Source of the DNA: Vitrella brassicaformis CCMP3155
Taxonomy: Eukaryota; Protista; Chromerida
NCBI GenBank assembly: GCA_001179505.1
Contig: CDMY01000418.1
Span: 17,365-81,364 of the forward strand
Direction: 5' to 3'
DNA length: 64,000 bases
Made by a program: the position numbers and the translations under genes. The notes below the pieces were generated by a model that made no database searches, had not been told where the DNA came from, and saw nothing but the letters and a program-made list of their open reading frames with translations. Of this stretch, positions 1-12,103 are shown piece by piece (positions within the stretch are counted from its first letter, which is position 1; each line of letters opens with the position of its first letter).

Positions 1-237
1 ACATCCAGAAGTGTCCCAACGTGTGCTGCCCCGAGTGGGCAGGTCGTGGTCATGTGCAGCCAGTTGAACGAGGAGGCGATCATCACGCTCGGCCCGGAGG
101 CAGGAGCCATGACGACGGGGGGGCACCACTGCTACATCGATCTCCAGCGAGCCAGGACGATTCTCAACAAGTGCGAGAGGGCATATCTCGACGGCGCCAC
201 ATTTATCGCTGGGCAAGATGTTTGTGTAATCAGGTGA
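1..237 (+). CDS. 3' end of an unidentified coding exon (partial)
   Basis: Open frame ending ...YLDGATFIAGQDVCVIR-stop with protein-like composition; the end could instead be a splice donor (CAG|GTGAGT). Confidence 0.3.
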   Translation, partial: TSRSVPTCAAPSGQVVVMCSQLNEEAIITLGPEAGAMTTGGHHCYIDLQRARTILNKCERAYLDGATFIAGQDVCVIR

Positions 238-340
238 GTCACTGACAGTCTCCAAAGGGTGGACGCACTCAGGTGAGTCACTGAGAGTCTCCAAGGGGTG
301 AATGCACTCACGGGGAGGTGCAGAAAATTTTTGGCCCATC

Positions 341-1644
341 GCCTCTCACATGAACCACAAGGACAGGGAGCAGAAAAACTGGATAGCGAGAGAATGAGCC
401 CGCCTTGCAAACTCCCTCGCGCTAATGCACGACATTCCGAAACAACAANNNNNNNNNNNNNNNNNNNNNNNNNNNNNNNNNNNNNNNNNNNNNNNNNNNN
501 NNNNNNNNNNNNNNNNNNNNNNNNNNNNNNNNNNNNNNNNNNNNNNNNNNNNNNNNNNNNNNNNNNNNNNNNNNNNNNNNNNNNNNNNNNNNNNNNNNNN
601 NNNNNNNNNNNNNNNNNNNNNNNNNNNNNNNNNNNNNNNNNNNNNNNNNNNNNNNNNNNNNNNNNNNNNNNNNNNNNNNNNNNNNNNNNNNNNNNNNNNN
701 NNNNNNNNNNNNNNNNNNNNNNNNNNNNNNNNNNNNNNNNNNNNNNNNGACCTAAACGGAGCAGAGAATGTAAGGAAAGGGTATATGGATGCTGTAATCA
801 GAGCTCGGATTACTTCGATGCACGGAAAGGAGACACGCTCCTCTAAAACTCGGGAACGGTTTTCGAAGCTGAGGCAGTGTCAGGCCTGAGAAGGACCCTC
901 CATGTTCGATCATCAGAGTGTCGGCTTTCCGTCAAACCTCTACATTCTCTCCTTGTTGGGTCTTTGTTTAGCATATAGGACTTTACACAAGTGAGCAGAG
1001 CATCTTTTTCCCTCTCTGACAAACCCCAATCATCGCAACAAGCCGTCTCTCAGAGTGTCTCAGACGACTCTTTAGTATTTTTTGGTTGGTCACACCATGT
1101 GGTCTACTGACAGAACTGAAATCGTGGTTATTGTAGAAGAGCTTGGCACTTGACAACGACACATAAAGAAAAGCTCACAGAACACTGTGCACCTTTCGGC
1201 TTTTACACGGGCCTGGCCGGGGGTGGCGCTCAACGGAGGGCGAGCTGAAGCACATGCGTGGCTGCAAAAGAACAGAGCGGGGTGCGAAAGCATGCTTAAC
1301 GGGATCAATTCGTTATCACCTGAAAGTTGAAACGGACTTTTTCAGACTTCAGCGTGCACTCCTGTGATCGCTCTGCTCCTCTTTAAAGGTCTCACTCATC
1401 AGTGTGATGATAGTGATTCTGCAATATTAATGGGACGTGCCGCCTGATAAGGCATGAACGAACGAATCACTCTGTCATTCTCTCGAGTCACACGATTGTG
1501 TGCTTGCTTGTCAATCAACAATCAATGATGGATCTCGCCTCTCACATGAACCACAGGGACACGGAGCAGAAAAACTGGATGGCGAGAGAATGAGCCCGCC
1601 TTGCAAACTCCCTCGCGCTAATGCACGACATTCCGAAACAACAA
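341..1644 (+). repeat. ~108-bp direct repeat pair (341-448 and ~1537-1644)
   Basis: GCCTCTCACATGAACCACA...CATTCCGAAACAACAA occurs twice with few substitutions; the first copy abuts a gap. Confidence 0.85.
449..748. other. Assembly gap (300 N); same-size gaps at 9235-9534, 37963-38262, 55477-55776, 56474-56773, 59592-59891, 62417-62716
   Basis: Fixed-length N runs; those at 9235 and 56474 are flanked by poly-G. Confidence 0.98.
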
Positions 1645-3831
1645 TGCAGCTACCGTTGGGTGGCGGTTGAAATTTGAAAAAGCTTTTTGACAGCGTCGTA
1701 GCTCTGGCCGCTTGCGTGTGAACTCAGCACAGCAAGATATACACACTTATATTGGGTTCGGTCCACAAGTGCTGTCAGCTTTCACACATGGGTCTCTGTC
1801 TCAAACGGCGCAAAGCAGCGTGCAGACACAGACTGCAAAACGTAGAGTACATGTGCTTGGCATGGCATTAATGAAAGAGAGTGTGCAATGAACTGGGGTC
1901 GGTACATACAACCAAGTTCCGTGTAACCGACACCCGTCTTCCCATTTTTTCACACAATGATACGGTCATGAGCAGTGGCCGCGTACGTGTGAATACAGCA
2001 TAGAAGGTTGTTTCATGCATTAACACAATCGTGCTGGTTTAGGTCCACAGCTGTGCCCACGTTCGGTGCCTACTTCCCTTTCTCAAGACGGCGCAGGGCG
2101 ATGACCGCTGACGTTCACACACAGCATGACGGAATGTATCAGACATACACGCTTTTGCATCGAATGAGTGAGAGTCCCGAAACAAATCGCCGAATTCCGT
2201 GTAACCGACACCAGTGCGCTTGCCGCCTTTTACCCGAACGACAGGGCGCAATTGCGACTAGAACCAGAGTCGTCTCTGGCAGCGTCCGTGCGCATATATT
2301 TCATCAACCAGATCGACCTTGAAGCGTTGCAAGGAGATTGCGGTGGATCTAGCAGTGAGCAAGTTTTCAGCGGGTATGGTCTCCTTTGCAACACGAAAAG
2401 CGACGGCCGCTTGCGTACGGAGAGACCGTAAAGCAGTTGTGCCGTGAACGATGCATTGTGTGACTGATGGTTGATGACTGTGTAACCTTTCAGTGACTGG
2501 TTCTTCCTTGTTAACAGAACGAAAAGCGATGCGCGCTTCCGTGTGAACACAACGTAGCGAAATCTATCATACATTGACCCAATCGTGCTGATTTGGGTTG
2601 ACGGCACCGTCAACTTTCGGTAGCTTGTTCTCGTGTTTCACAGAGCGCAGATCGACAGTCGCTTGCGTGAGGACGGAGCAGACAAAGGAGCACTCACACA
2701 CAGACTTGCGCGGCGAACGCACCAGAAACCCGGGAGAAAACAGCCGAAAACCGATTGTCCGGGTTTTTGCCGCCGTTTTGAACGCGTGAACGGATTTGAG
2801 GCTCGAAGCAAACTCGTTCCTCGCAGTGACCCCCTCCACAGATATCCGAAGACAGATCTTGAAAAAACGTTCTAGAAAAAAAGTTGGTTTACCGACGTGA
2901 CACTGGGGCTGTATAACCACCCTCCAGCTCAGCTTTCAGCTTAGAGCAAGATCCGTAAAACTGATCTGAGCTGTCGTGTGCAAGGACAGCGTGGGAAGCA
3001 CAGGGGTAGCGTATTGAGATGGGAGGCCTCTTACGCTGCGGAAAGGTGGTCGCCCCGTGTTGCCCCGCCTCTGCTGGCGAGTTCACCGCTCGAGGAGTGG
3101 CCAGAGGGTGAGTCAGGGCATCCCTACTTACGCGGCCGACAGAGGTGGGTCTTACATCTTCGGCAGGCTTGCTTCTACGCAACGGAGCTTTCTAAGGGGA
3201 GGCTACTCACTCCCTACCGGCTCACCCACCTGCGAGCGGCCCTTCTCTGCTGACTCTTGTCTAGGCTCTGCGCCTTCTTCGGGTGAGGTCAACCGACTTC
3301 GTCCCTCTCCCGCCGTCGCTTCGCTTCTCTGTAAGCCTTCCCTTGCCACCCATTGGCCTGTGTGCATGCACTCGTCTATCATTTCCCCCTTTGTATCTTC
3401 CGAGTGAGGAAGTTATGTCATCCAAGTGGTGGTAGCCTCCATGACCGCCGCAAAACGTGCACATACGGAGGCCTCCGCAGCCCTCACCTAGGTACCCTCA
3501 CCGGGTGTCAGCCAGGTGTCAACCGATACCTTCGTCTGCTTCCTGCATGGGCATCTATATTGATGCACAATGGCCAATCTCTGTCGCCTTTCGAAGTGAA
3601 CCTCCCTGATGAGAAAGCAGTTGCAAATCAAGTGCCAAACCGATCCACTCAGGCCCGTTTCTGTGGTTCACATTATAGAGACACCGCTTGCAACACTCAA
3701 AGGGTCAACGAGGGAAAAAAAAACACCTCTTGATTCGAGTGCAAGCCACTCAGCCCTTCGCTTGTCTCACTTCCACTCTGCCAACCCTTCCTTCATGTCT
3801 CAGCATCTCACGCTTCCTGGCTCTGTGACCA

Positions 3832-5450
3832 CCCTCCGCTCTCCCGGTTCCAAGAGGCAAATGGCCGTGTAGGGGCCCCATTTTCCCCAGATTTTCCCGT
3901 TAGGCCGTTCAGTTTCCGTCTATAGCTTCGCCATCCCGCGACTCCCTCCATTGATACACTAATTGCCCCTCCTCAGTCGGCCATGCCAGCTCATCGCCAG
4001 AGCGTCACAGGGACGAGGCATGTCGAGCTAAGCTGCATTCACCTCCGCCTGCAATTGCACAGTGTGCAGGATCCAGCACCGAGCGTCGGGAACATCCCAC
4101 GCGTGAAGCAACACGACCCCTGTCGCGATGCAGAAGTCCCCCAATCTCCCCTAAGGAATCGATGATCAGCTATGACATGGTGGAAGGGATCGGCGTCAGA
4201 TAGTGAGAGACATCAGTGGCTGTCACCCTGGCCACCTTTACCTTCGTCAAGGATGGCTGCTTCCGTGGCTGGTCTCCATTCGTTTCACGAGAAGGACTCA
4301 GGCATCATGATGTAAGCCGCTTCAGAGTCTATTCAAGGTTGTCTCGTCCATACGAACATGTAAGAATCTTCATCTTCATGTAGTTTGTCACTTCGTCAAG
4401 AGCGGCTCCTCCTCCACAAGGTTTCCACCTCTGTTGCTCCGTGACCTTCTCAACAGACCTTAGCAAAGTGGTCAGCTCCAGTAGCCATCCGTTTCCGTCA
4501 GCAGCAGCAGCATCTCCGAGAGCAGCCCCTGACTCTCTCTCGCTCTCACACACTCTCTCTCTATCACTCTCTCGTAGGACCGTCAGCGTATGACATATGT
4601 ACCCCTGATACCCTCCATATCCTCCGTGGTTGAGCACTTCGCCCGGCGTCAGGCTCGGCTCGTTGGTGGCATCCCTGGCAGACTTCGGCAGTGTCGACTA
4701 GCACATGGGCAGACTCCCTGTCAGATGGGCAAGCCCATCAGACAGGTGAAGGGAAGGAGAGCCGTCCCGTGGGTGTCTAGTCGCTCATCATGGCGCCCTC
4801 GCCTGCGGTCTTCGGCCCCGTCTGGCCGGCTGGGATGATCACGGTGAGCTGAGGTGTTGGATGGAGAGACACGGAGACGCCGCTCCGTGCAGTGGGCTTG
4901 CTGACGATGGTTGAGAGCACAAGTACCTCTGGGGGGGGACGGAAGGCTCAGATGCTTGAAATCGACGAAGACAAAAGATGGATGCGGATGGGTCGGAAAA
5001 TGGATGACCAGATGAAGCAAATGAGGCAGGAATGGGCCCTTTCGATGAGAAAGTCCTCACTCGATGAGGACTTTCAGTGAGGACTTTCTCATCCGGGTGA
5101 GGATTTCCTCACTCATAATAGTTTCACGATGCGAGCTTGGCAACCGGACCTAACGCAACCATACCCTTTATATCTTTGGTCTAGGAAAAGGACTCATCGC
5201 TCTGCTTTTTCCTTTCAGAACTGTGAAAAACGAGGGCTACATGCCCACACGGTTCTCGACATGCCTCGTCCCTGTGACGCTCTGGCGATGAGCTGGCATG
5301 GCCGATTGAGGAGGGGCAATTAGTGTATCAATGGAGGGAGTCGCGGGATGGCGAAGCTGTAGACGGAAACTGAACGGCCTTACGGGAAAATCTGGGAAAA
5401 ATGGGGCCCCTACACGGCCATTTGCCTCTTGGAACCAGGAGAGCGGAGGG
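3832..5450. mobile_element. Pair of 196-bp inverted repeats (3832-4027, 5255-5450) around ~1.2 kb; MITE/TIR-like or two inverted copies of a short repeat
   Basis: CCCTCCGCTCTCCCGGTTCCAAGAGG...GGCATGTCGAG is the near-exact reverse complement of 5255-5450; no TSD seen; no transposase ORF inside. Confidence 0.7.
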
Positions 5451-5628
5451 CTACAAATGCATCCATTGCTCGAAGCCGGAGCCCTCACGGGTTAGAGAAA
5501 AGAGGCCATCACAGCAGACCCCCCCATCTCAGGGGCGTCCAGGAGGAGCGAAAAAAAACGGTGAAAACAGCACCAGAATCCGAGAACACACCAAGACAAA
5601 CAGAGAGGGAACCAAAGGGACTCTGCAG

Positions 5629-6950
5629 CTTAATGGGGTATTCAAAAATAATTATTTGGGATGATCCTTTTTCATCAATTGATTCCAAAGATACTTCTCC
5701 TTCAGTAACGCCAGACTCTTCAATTGGAGAAGAAACGGATTCTACTGAAATATCATTGGAACATCAAGACCTTGATCAAACAGAAGAATTTACAACATCA
5801 CCGGATATCGAAACGGCAGAAAAATTTCCTTCTGCGAAAGACCTAGAGTATCCAGATTTAGAAAAAAAAAATCTGACACAGAAAACCTCGCCAAGAAATA
5901 TCAGAACCTACTGCTGAACATGATATCAACCAAAGGAGTTGTGGGTTAAAAAACTTATTATTGGACTACTTGAACACAATCTATTTTTTTGAAAAGGCCC
6001 TGAAATTTCCTTTTATCGATGATGACTTCCCTTCTAATGAGCAAATCAAGAATTTTAACTTGATTTTTCAGGAAAATTTTTCATTGAAAGAAATAGGAAA
6101 TATAAATTCTCATAAAATAGGCAATATTGGTCGAGAAATTATCGATGTTTCTTCACCCATAGCATGCCATTCCTATTTATATGAAGATGAAATTGCCTTT
6201 GATGACATGGGTTTTGAAGAAAAAGTCAGATTAAGAAAAACCCAGGGTGTAAGTTCATTAGACATTGTTGAATACTTGCCCCATATAGAAATCATCAGTT
6301 TAAGAGATCATGCGATATCTGATTTAAGGCCAGGGGGTACGGTTGGCAGATCAAAGAGGTGGTATGTATTAGAAAAGAATGAGATTAGCTTTTCTTCAAG
6401 GATATGTTACGATCAATCAGAGAAACGGAAAAGCTAACAGGAAGACCTTCCCCCTATCGCGATTATGATCGGCCAGGCTTTTGAGATTATCCATCAGGCA
6501 AGAGGAATGATGGATTGTTGTTGGTTTAATTTAAGTTGCTGAACCAGAATATATCTTGCAGCCTGAAAAATAAGGTTCAAAAACCGCTCGTAATTTTCTG
6601 ATCCCAAAAAATTAGGGACAAAAAATTGGTTGTACCGGAATTGATAGAGACTCTTTCCATGGAGGAGGGTGCCCTCCCAGTCCGTTGGACATGTGAGGGG
6701 ACCACAGAATATCGTTTTGAAGACTCCCAAATCCTGTTCATTTTGGGTCCAACATGTGAAGAATTTGGTTTTTACCCCTATTTGGATCAATCAGTTTTTT
6801 CAAACAAATTTTGTTGGGCCAAAATTTTTAAAGATAGGGTAGGAAATGGCCGGAAAAGAAGATCTAAAAAAAAGATAAAAAGTACGACTGCCATGAAATT
6901 GGTTTCAGGGGCTTTTATTGAAAAACCCGCTATGAATAATATTCATGAAA
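5629..6950 (+). pseudogene. AT-rich intronless island with interrupted ORFs; weak class I SAM-methyltransferase-like motifs
   Basis: Abrupt GC drop (line 6061-6120 has 12 G+C in 60 nt). ORF 5961-6437 contains GFEEKVRLR and SSLDIVEYLPH...DLRPGGTV; flanking frames are broken by stops and a poly-A slip. Confidence 0.35.
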
Positions 6951-8180
6951 GAGCTGAGGAAATCGCACACCAGCCAACGAAACCGAATGGAGCACGCTGG
7001 GCACAAAAACAGCAAAAGAAAGGGCGGAAAAAGCACCAGAAAAGACCGCCGCACGTCTTCCCCACGAAAAAATGTGTTCATGAGCACCCAATGCCGTCTC
7101 AGCAGACAAAACAAACAGCTTTGCAGGCGGGGGCAGAAAACAAGGGCGAGAAAAGGGCACTACGAAGCCGTCTCTCCGACTTCTCCCACCCTCTCCATAG
7201 TGATCTGGCGTCTCTCCACTGCATTCCTTCACATCGGTGCAGCTCTCTCTGCTTTTGTGTCGTCTCTCCACAACATCGTCTCTCCACTACACATACAGGC
7301 TATTTACCATTACACGGACCACTGCTAGTGATATGAGCACTGTCACCAGTGCGATATCACGCGTTCCGAGGCGCGGCGAGATGGGACATCCGCTCTCCCA
7401 CTCATCTGAGCTCGCAGAGTTGGCCGCCTTTGCCGCTGTGTTCGAGCCGCGTGCGTCTTTTCCTCATCTACCGCTTCTCATCCGGCTTGCTGATCCCGTT
7501 TCGTACCTTTCGGTTCGGGGAGGTCGTGTGTCCCGCATGTCCCGCCCTTCGTGCCCTGTCGTCCTGATGCTGACGCGGCGTGGTCGTCGCCTGTGGACGA
7601 GATGCCGTTGCGGTGTGTCTACGGCTTTGCTTCTGGCGGCTGCTGGCTTGTCGGTGGCTCTCTCTGTGGCTGGAGTTCGTCCTGATGATGCGGCTCAGCC
7701 ATGGCGCCTTGGTAGAAGATCCAGACGCGTTGCTTGTCTTCTGTTGTGTTTGTCCAGGTGATTCTTGGATCCCTTGGTGCTCGTTATCGTTCTATCCGGC
7801 TCTGCTTCTGGCTCCCCTGTTGGCGCCCTCCCTGTGGCTGAAGTCAGGGGCTCCTGTGCCCTTCTCTCCTGCGCAAGGCAAGCGCGAAGTACGGTGGCAT
7901 GGTTGTGTGTTGTCTCAGGTCTTGTCTCTGTGGCTGAAGACCGTGGCTCCTGTGGCTGAAGACTGTGGCTGAAGACAGCGGCGAGTCGTTTGGCGCTGGG
8001 CCCTCTCGTTCTGGTCTGGCTCCTTGTGACTCGCCACGTCACTCACGTAGGCTGGGCACTACACGTGGGGTAGGGCTTTGGGCATGTACGCATGCGTACA
8101 TGCCCGTACGATTTTTGTGTTTTTATGTTCCGTTTGTCGCTAGATATGTTCTATTTCTATTTGGTCTTGCCCCTTCCACG

Positions 8181-8420
8181 TCGGGCATCCTTTCCCTGCC
8201 CATGTCTGGCGTTCTGCCTTTCCCTGCCCATGTCGGGCGTCCTTTTCCCGCCCATGTCGGGCATCCTGCCGTTTTCCTGCCCATGTCGGGCGTCCTGCCT
8301 TTCCCTGCCCATATCGGGCGTCCTTTTCCCTGCCCATGTCGGGCGTCCTGCCGTTTTCCTGCCCATGTCGGGCGTTCTGCCTTTTCCCTGCCCATGTCGG
8401 GCGTCCTGCCTTTCCCTGCC
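8181..8420. repeat. Minisatellite, ~9 copies of a 24-29-bp unit with core TGCCCATGTCGGGCGT
   Basis: Direct reading of the tandem units. Confidence 0.9.
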
Positions 8421-9887
8421 AATGCCGTTTTGTCTTTGCCCTCTTGCTTTGCCCTTTCCTAGCCCTGCCCGATTCATCGATCGTTCCTTTGTGGATTCTT
8501 TCTGTCCCTTCATTCCAGCCGTCTTGTCTCCTTGTCGGTCTGGTGCATGTGTGTGCATGAGTTGTGGGTAGATCGTTGTGGGGCGTGACCGCTGTCATAC
8601 CCTTTCCGGCCTGCCGTTGCTCATGCCCGCCTATGCTCAGCCTCTCTGCGCATTCCCATGCCTGCCCATGCATCTGCCTGTCTGCCCAACTCATTGATTG
8701 ATCCGGCCATCGTTCCTTCCTGCCCTTCATTCCTTCCCGTCAGTCGTTTTGCCTTGTTGCCTTCTCATTTCGTTCGTGCCTGCATCAAGTTATGGTCGCT
8801 GTCATGCTGTTGTTTGCAGCATGTCTTTTCCCACGAGCCCCTGCTTGCCTTGCCCTGCCTTGCCTGCCTCCTTCCTTGCTCATTTCCCTCTGCTTGGTTG
8901 TCTGCCTGTCGCCCCACATGCATTCATGCATGCAGTTCTCCTCTGCTGATGCTTCTCATGTACCATGTTCAAGTGTCTTCCCACGCCTTCATTCGTCTGG
9001 CCTTACCTGTCATGTTCCCCTCGCGATTTCATCGGTCAGCCCTTCTGACCGCCATGCATCGTCCGTGTTCCGCCTTCGTTCGTTGCTTCTAGGTTTGGTT
9101 AACGTGCACGGATTCATAATTCTTTCTCCCATCTCTACTTTCCCGCACATTCTATTTGTCTGTTCACCCCCCCCTCGTCCCATGTCTCTTTCCTTCCCTC
9201 ACTTACACATGTCCCATGGGGTCATGGCGGGGGGNNNNNNNNNNNNNNNNNNNNNNNNNNNNNNNNNNNNNNNNNNNNNNNNNNNNNNNNNNNNNNNNNN
9301 NNNNNNNNNNNNNNNNNNNNNNNNNNNNNNNNNNNNNNNNNNNNNNNNNNNNNNNNNNNNNNNNNNNNNNNNNNNNNNNNNNNNNNNNNNNNNNNNNNNN
9401 NNNNNNNNNNNNNNNNNNNNNNNNNNNNNNNNNNNNNNNNNNNNNNNNNNNNNNNNNNNNNNNNNNNNNNNNNNNNNNNNNNNNNNNNNNNNNNNNNNNN
9501 NNNNNNNNNNNNNNNNNNNNNNNNNNNNNNNNNNGGGGGGGGGGGGGGTTGGGGTCGTCGCATCACACAGCCTGATGCGTCCCCGCGTGCTGGCGGGCAC
9601 GGATCTGGCTGGCACCCTTTTACGGTATTCAGGTCGGAGCTAGGGTCCGGTCCCTCCGAGCCGCGGTGGGGAATAGACGAACGGGTCGTTTTACCGCGAG
9701 CTTTGGCGAGCTTTTGCAAAACCCGAAAAAATTGCATACATTGCCCACACGGTTCTCAGCACACCAGTAGCACACAGCACACCCCTACACCTCAGGGACG
9801 TCCAGGACGAGCGAAAGACATCATGTTGAGACATCCATCATGTTTTAAAGCCTCCGTTAAACGGTTGTCCCTGGCGAGACCGGAGAA

Positions 9888-12103
9888 ATGAGCGAAGAGA
9901 TCGACAGGCATGTGTTGCGCAAGTACGAAATCGTCCAGAAGCTCGGCAAAGGCGTAGGCGAAGGGGCAGGCTCGGCAAGCGCATGTGCGTTTCTCCACCT
10001 CAGGCCTATGGGATTGTTTGGAAAGCCATTGACAAGAAGATAGGGGAGGTGGTGGCGCTCAAGAAGATATTCGATGCCTTCCAGAACGCCACTGATGCCC
10101 AACGGACTTTTCGAGAGATCATGTTCCTGCAGGAGCTCAACGGGCATGATAATATTGTCAAGCTGTTGAATGTGCTGAAAGCCGACAATGATCGCGACAT
10201 ATACTTGGTTTTCGACTACATGGGTAGGCAGCAGGAAAAGGCATAGATGACGGTGTGCACATGACCTGCGCATGGTTATTTTCAGAGACGGACCTGCATG
10301 CTGTTATCCGCGCGAGCATCCTTGAGGTGGGCGTGCTTGGATTTGGCATCTCATGTCACTGCTTGCGCTCTGCCGGCATGCAGGAGATTCACAAGCAGTA
10401 CATCGTCTATCAGCTTCTGAAATCGCTCAAATACATGCACTCAGGCACGGGTGAACCGATCAGCCTCCTCTCACGTATTTCTTTTTCTTGTCAGGGGAGC
10501 TACTTCATCGTGACATGAAGCCTTCCAACATCCTTCTCAACTCCGAATGCCATGTTAAAGTTGCAGATTACGGGTAAGTGGCGGCCAGGCAACCTGGCAT
10601 GGACGGGATATGCGTGTGTGGGGTCCAAGGCTTGCCCGGAGCGTTGCGCAGAGTGACAGTGAGGTCGGCACCAACCCCGTTCTTACAGACTACGTGGCAA
10701 CACGATGGTGAGCCTTCCATTCCATCCCGTCTACCAACCCCGTATCGGTTTGTCTGCGTTCAGGTATCGTGCCCCTGAAATTCTTCTCGGCTCTACCAAG
10801 TATACGAAGGGTGTGGACATGTGGTCACTTGGGTGCATCCTGGGAGAGCTTATCGGAGGGAAACCCACCTTCCCTGGTAGACGACGAAATGACTTGATGC
10901 GATAGCAAGAGAACGCCTTTCTTTTCTGTGTGACAGGGACATCTACTATGAATCAGCTGGAGAGGATCATGGAGGTCACAGGTGAACAGAACACCTGTAA
11001 CCAACCGATTGCAATATCCCTCTATTCCTATGAGCCAGGCCGTCCTTCCCAAGAGGACATCGATGCGATGAAGTCGCCATTTGCCGCCACCATGCTGGAA
11101 TCGTTGCCGATGGTTCGGAATCGGTGAGTTTACGAAAGGAAGGGACCATACGGTCAACGCAACGATTGTTGATGCACTGTCTATGTATTTGCGCAGTCCT
11201 CTGACCGAGATGTTCCCTACTGCTAGTTCTGATGCGTTGGACCTTTTGAAATCTCTGCTGCAATTCAACCCAAATAAGAGAATCAGGCAAATCATCGCAC
11301 AAGGACATACAATGTTTGATTTCTTACCCTTCTGTCTTCAGCGCGGCGGACGCTTTGCAGCATCCTTATGTGGTGCAATTTCACAACCCCGATGATGAAC
11401 CCGAGTGTGGCCGGATCATCAGGTGACTCGAACAAACATCACTGTGGGGGGACGTGTGATATATGTGTAATATTCGGACACAGGATTTCGATCGATGACA
11501 ACACCAAGTCAGGGTTCTTGCAAGTGGTGCGAAGCCATGAAATGAGGGGCCTTGCCTTTCTTTAGGTATTCAATCGCCGACTACCGTGACCGCTTGTACA
11601 GCGAAGTGATCAAGAGGAAGAAGGACCAACGAAGGCATCGTCTCAGAGACCCTCAGGTACTAAGGGGAAGAAAAGCAAAGACCACCTACGACTCCAGCCC
11701 TGTCGTTCGTACAAATCAGAGCTCATCCGGTTCGGTTCACGTGGGCAGCAATAGCAGTGGCCCAGCAGATGGCGGAACCAGCGGTGCCGGTTCTGCTTCT
11801 CATTCGCGTGACCGCGTCTCTTCCTCTGGACATCGCCAGCGCGAGACGCAGCAATATCCTTCCTACCACCCGAATCAGCCCTCCCACAACCACAACCACC
11901 ACCACGGCCAAACGCAATCATATGCCAGTCCCAATGGGCAAGCTGCCTACCAACACAACCACCACGCTTATCAGCATCAGCAGGTGTATCAAACACACAG
12001 TGGAGGGACTACTGCAAGCCGCGGGGTACGAAAGGAAGGAATAAAAGCAGCTTTCCTGTGCTGATGCTGTTTTTTCCACGTGTAGGGCAGGGGGCTCCGC
12101 TAA
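9888..12103 (+). CDS. ERK7: MAP kinase ERK7/ERK8/MAPK15 orthologue, multi-exon
   Basis: Spliced translation [22 protein letters not shown]|AYGIVWKA...[15 protein letters not shown]...[12 protein letters not shown]...DYG|LARS...[10 protein letters not shown]|[10 protein letters not shown]; TDY activation loop; GT-AG introns; S/H/Q-rich tail. Confidence 0.95.

Noticed and set aside
232-310. 39-bp tandem duplication
   Set aside because: Ordinary local duplication of a splice-donor-like sequence.
1640-2700. Degenerate ~280-bp tandem units (GGCCGCTTGCGTGTGAA..., CAATCGTGCTG)
   Set aside because: Real but highly decayed; no termini or coding signal to classify.
8181-8420. Repeat-spacer pattern as a CRISPR array
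   Set aside because: Spacers are 8-13 nt and reused, the context is eukaryotic, and there are no cas genes.
9229-9548. Poly-G-flanked gaps (also 56465-56789) as G-quadruplex elements
   Set aside because: The interior is unsequenced; most simply a sequencing dropout.
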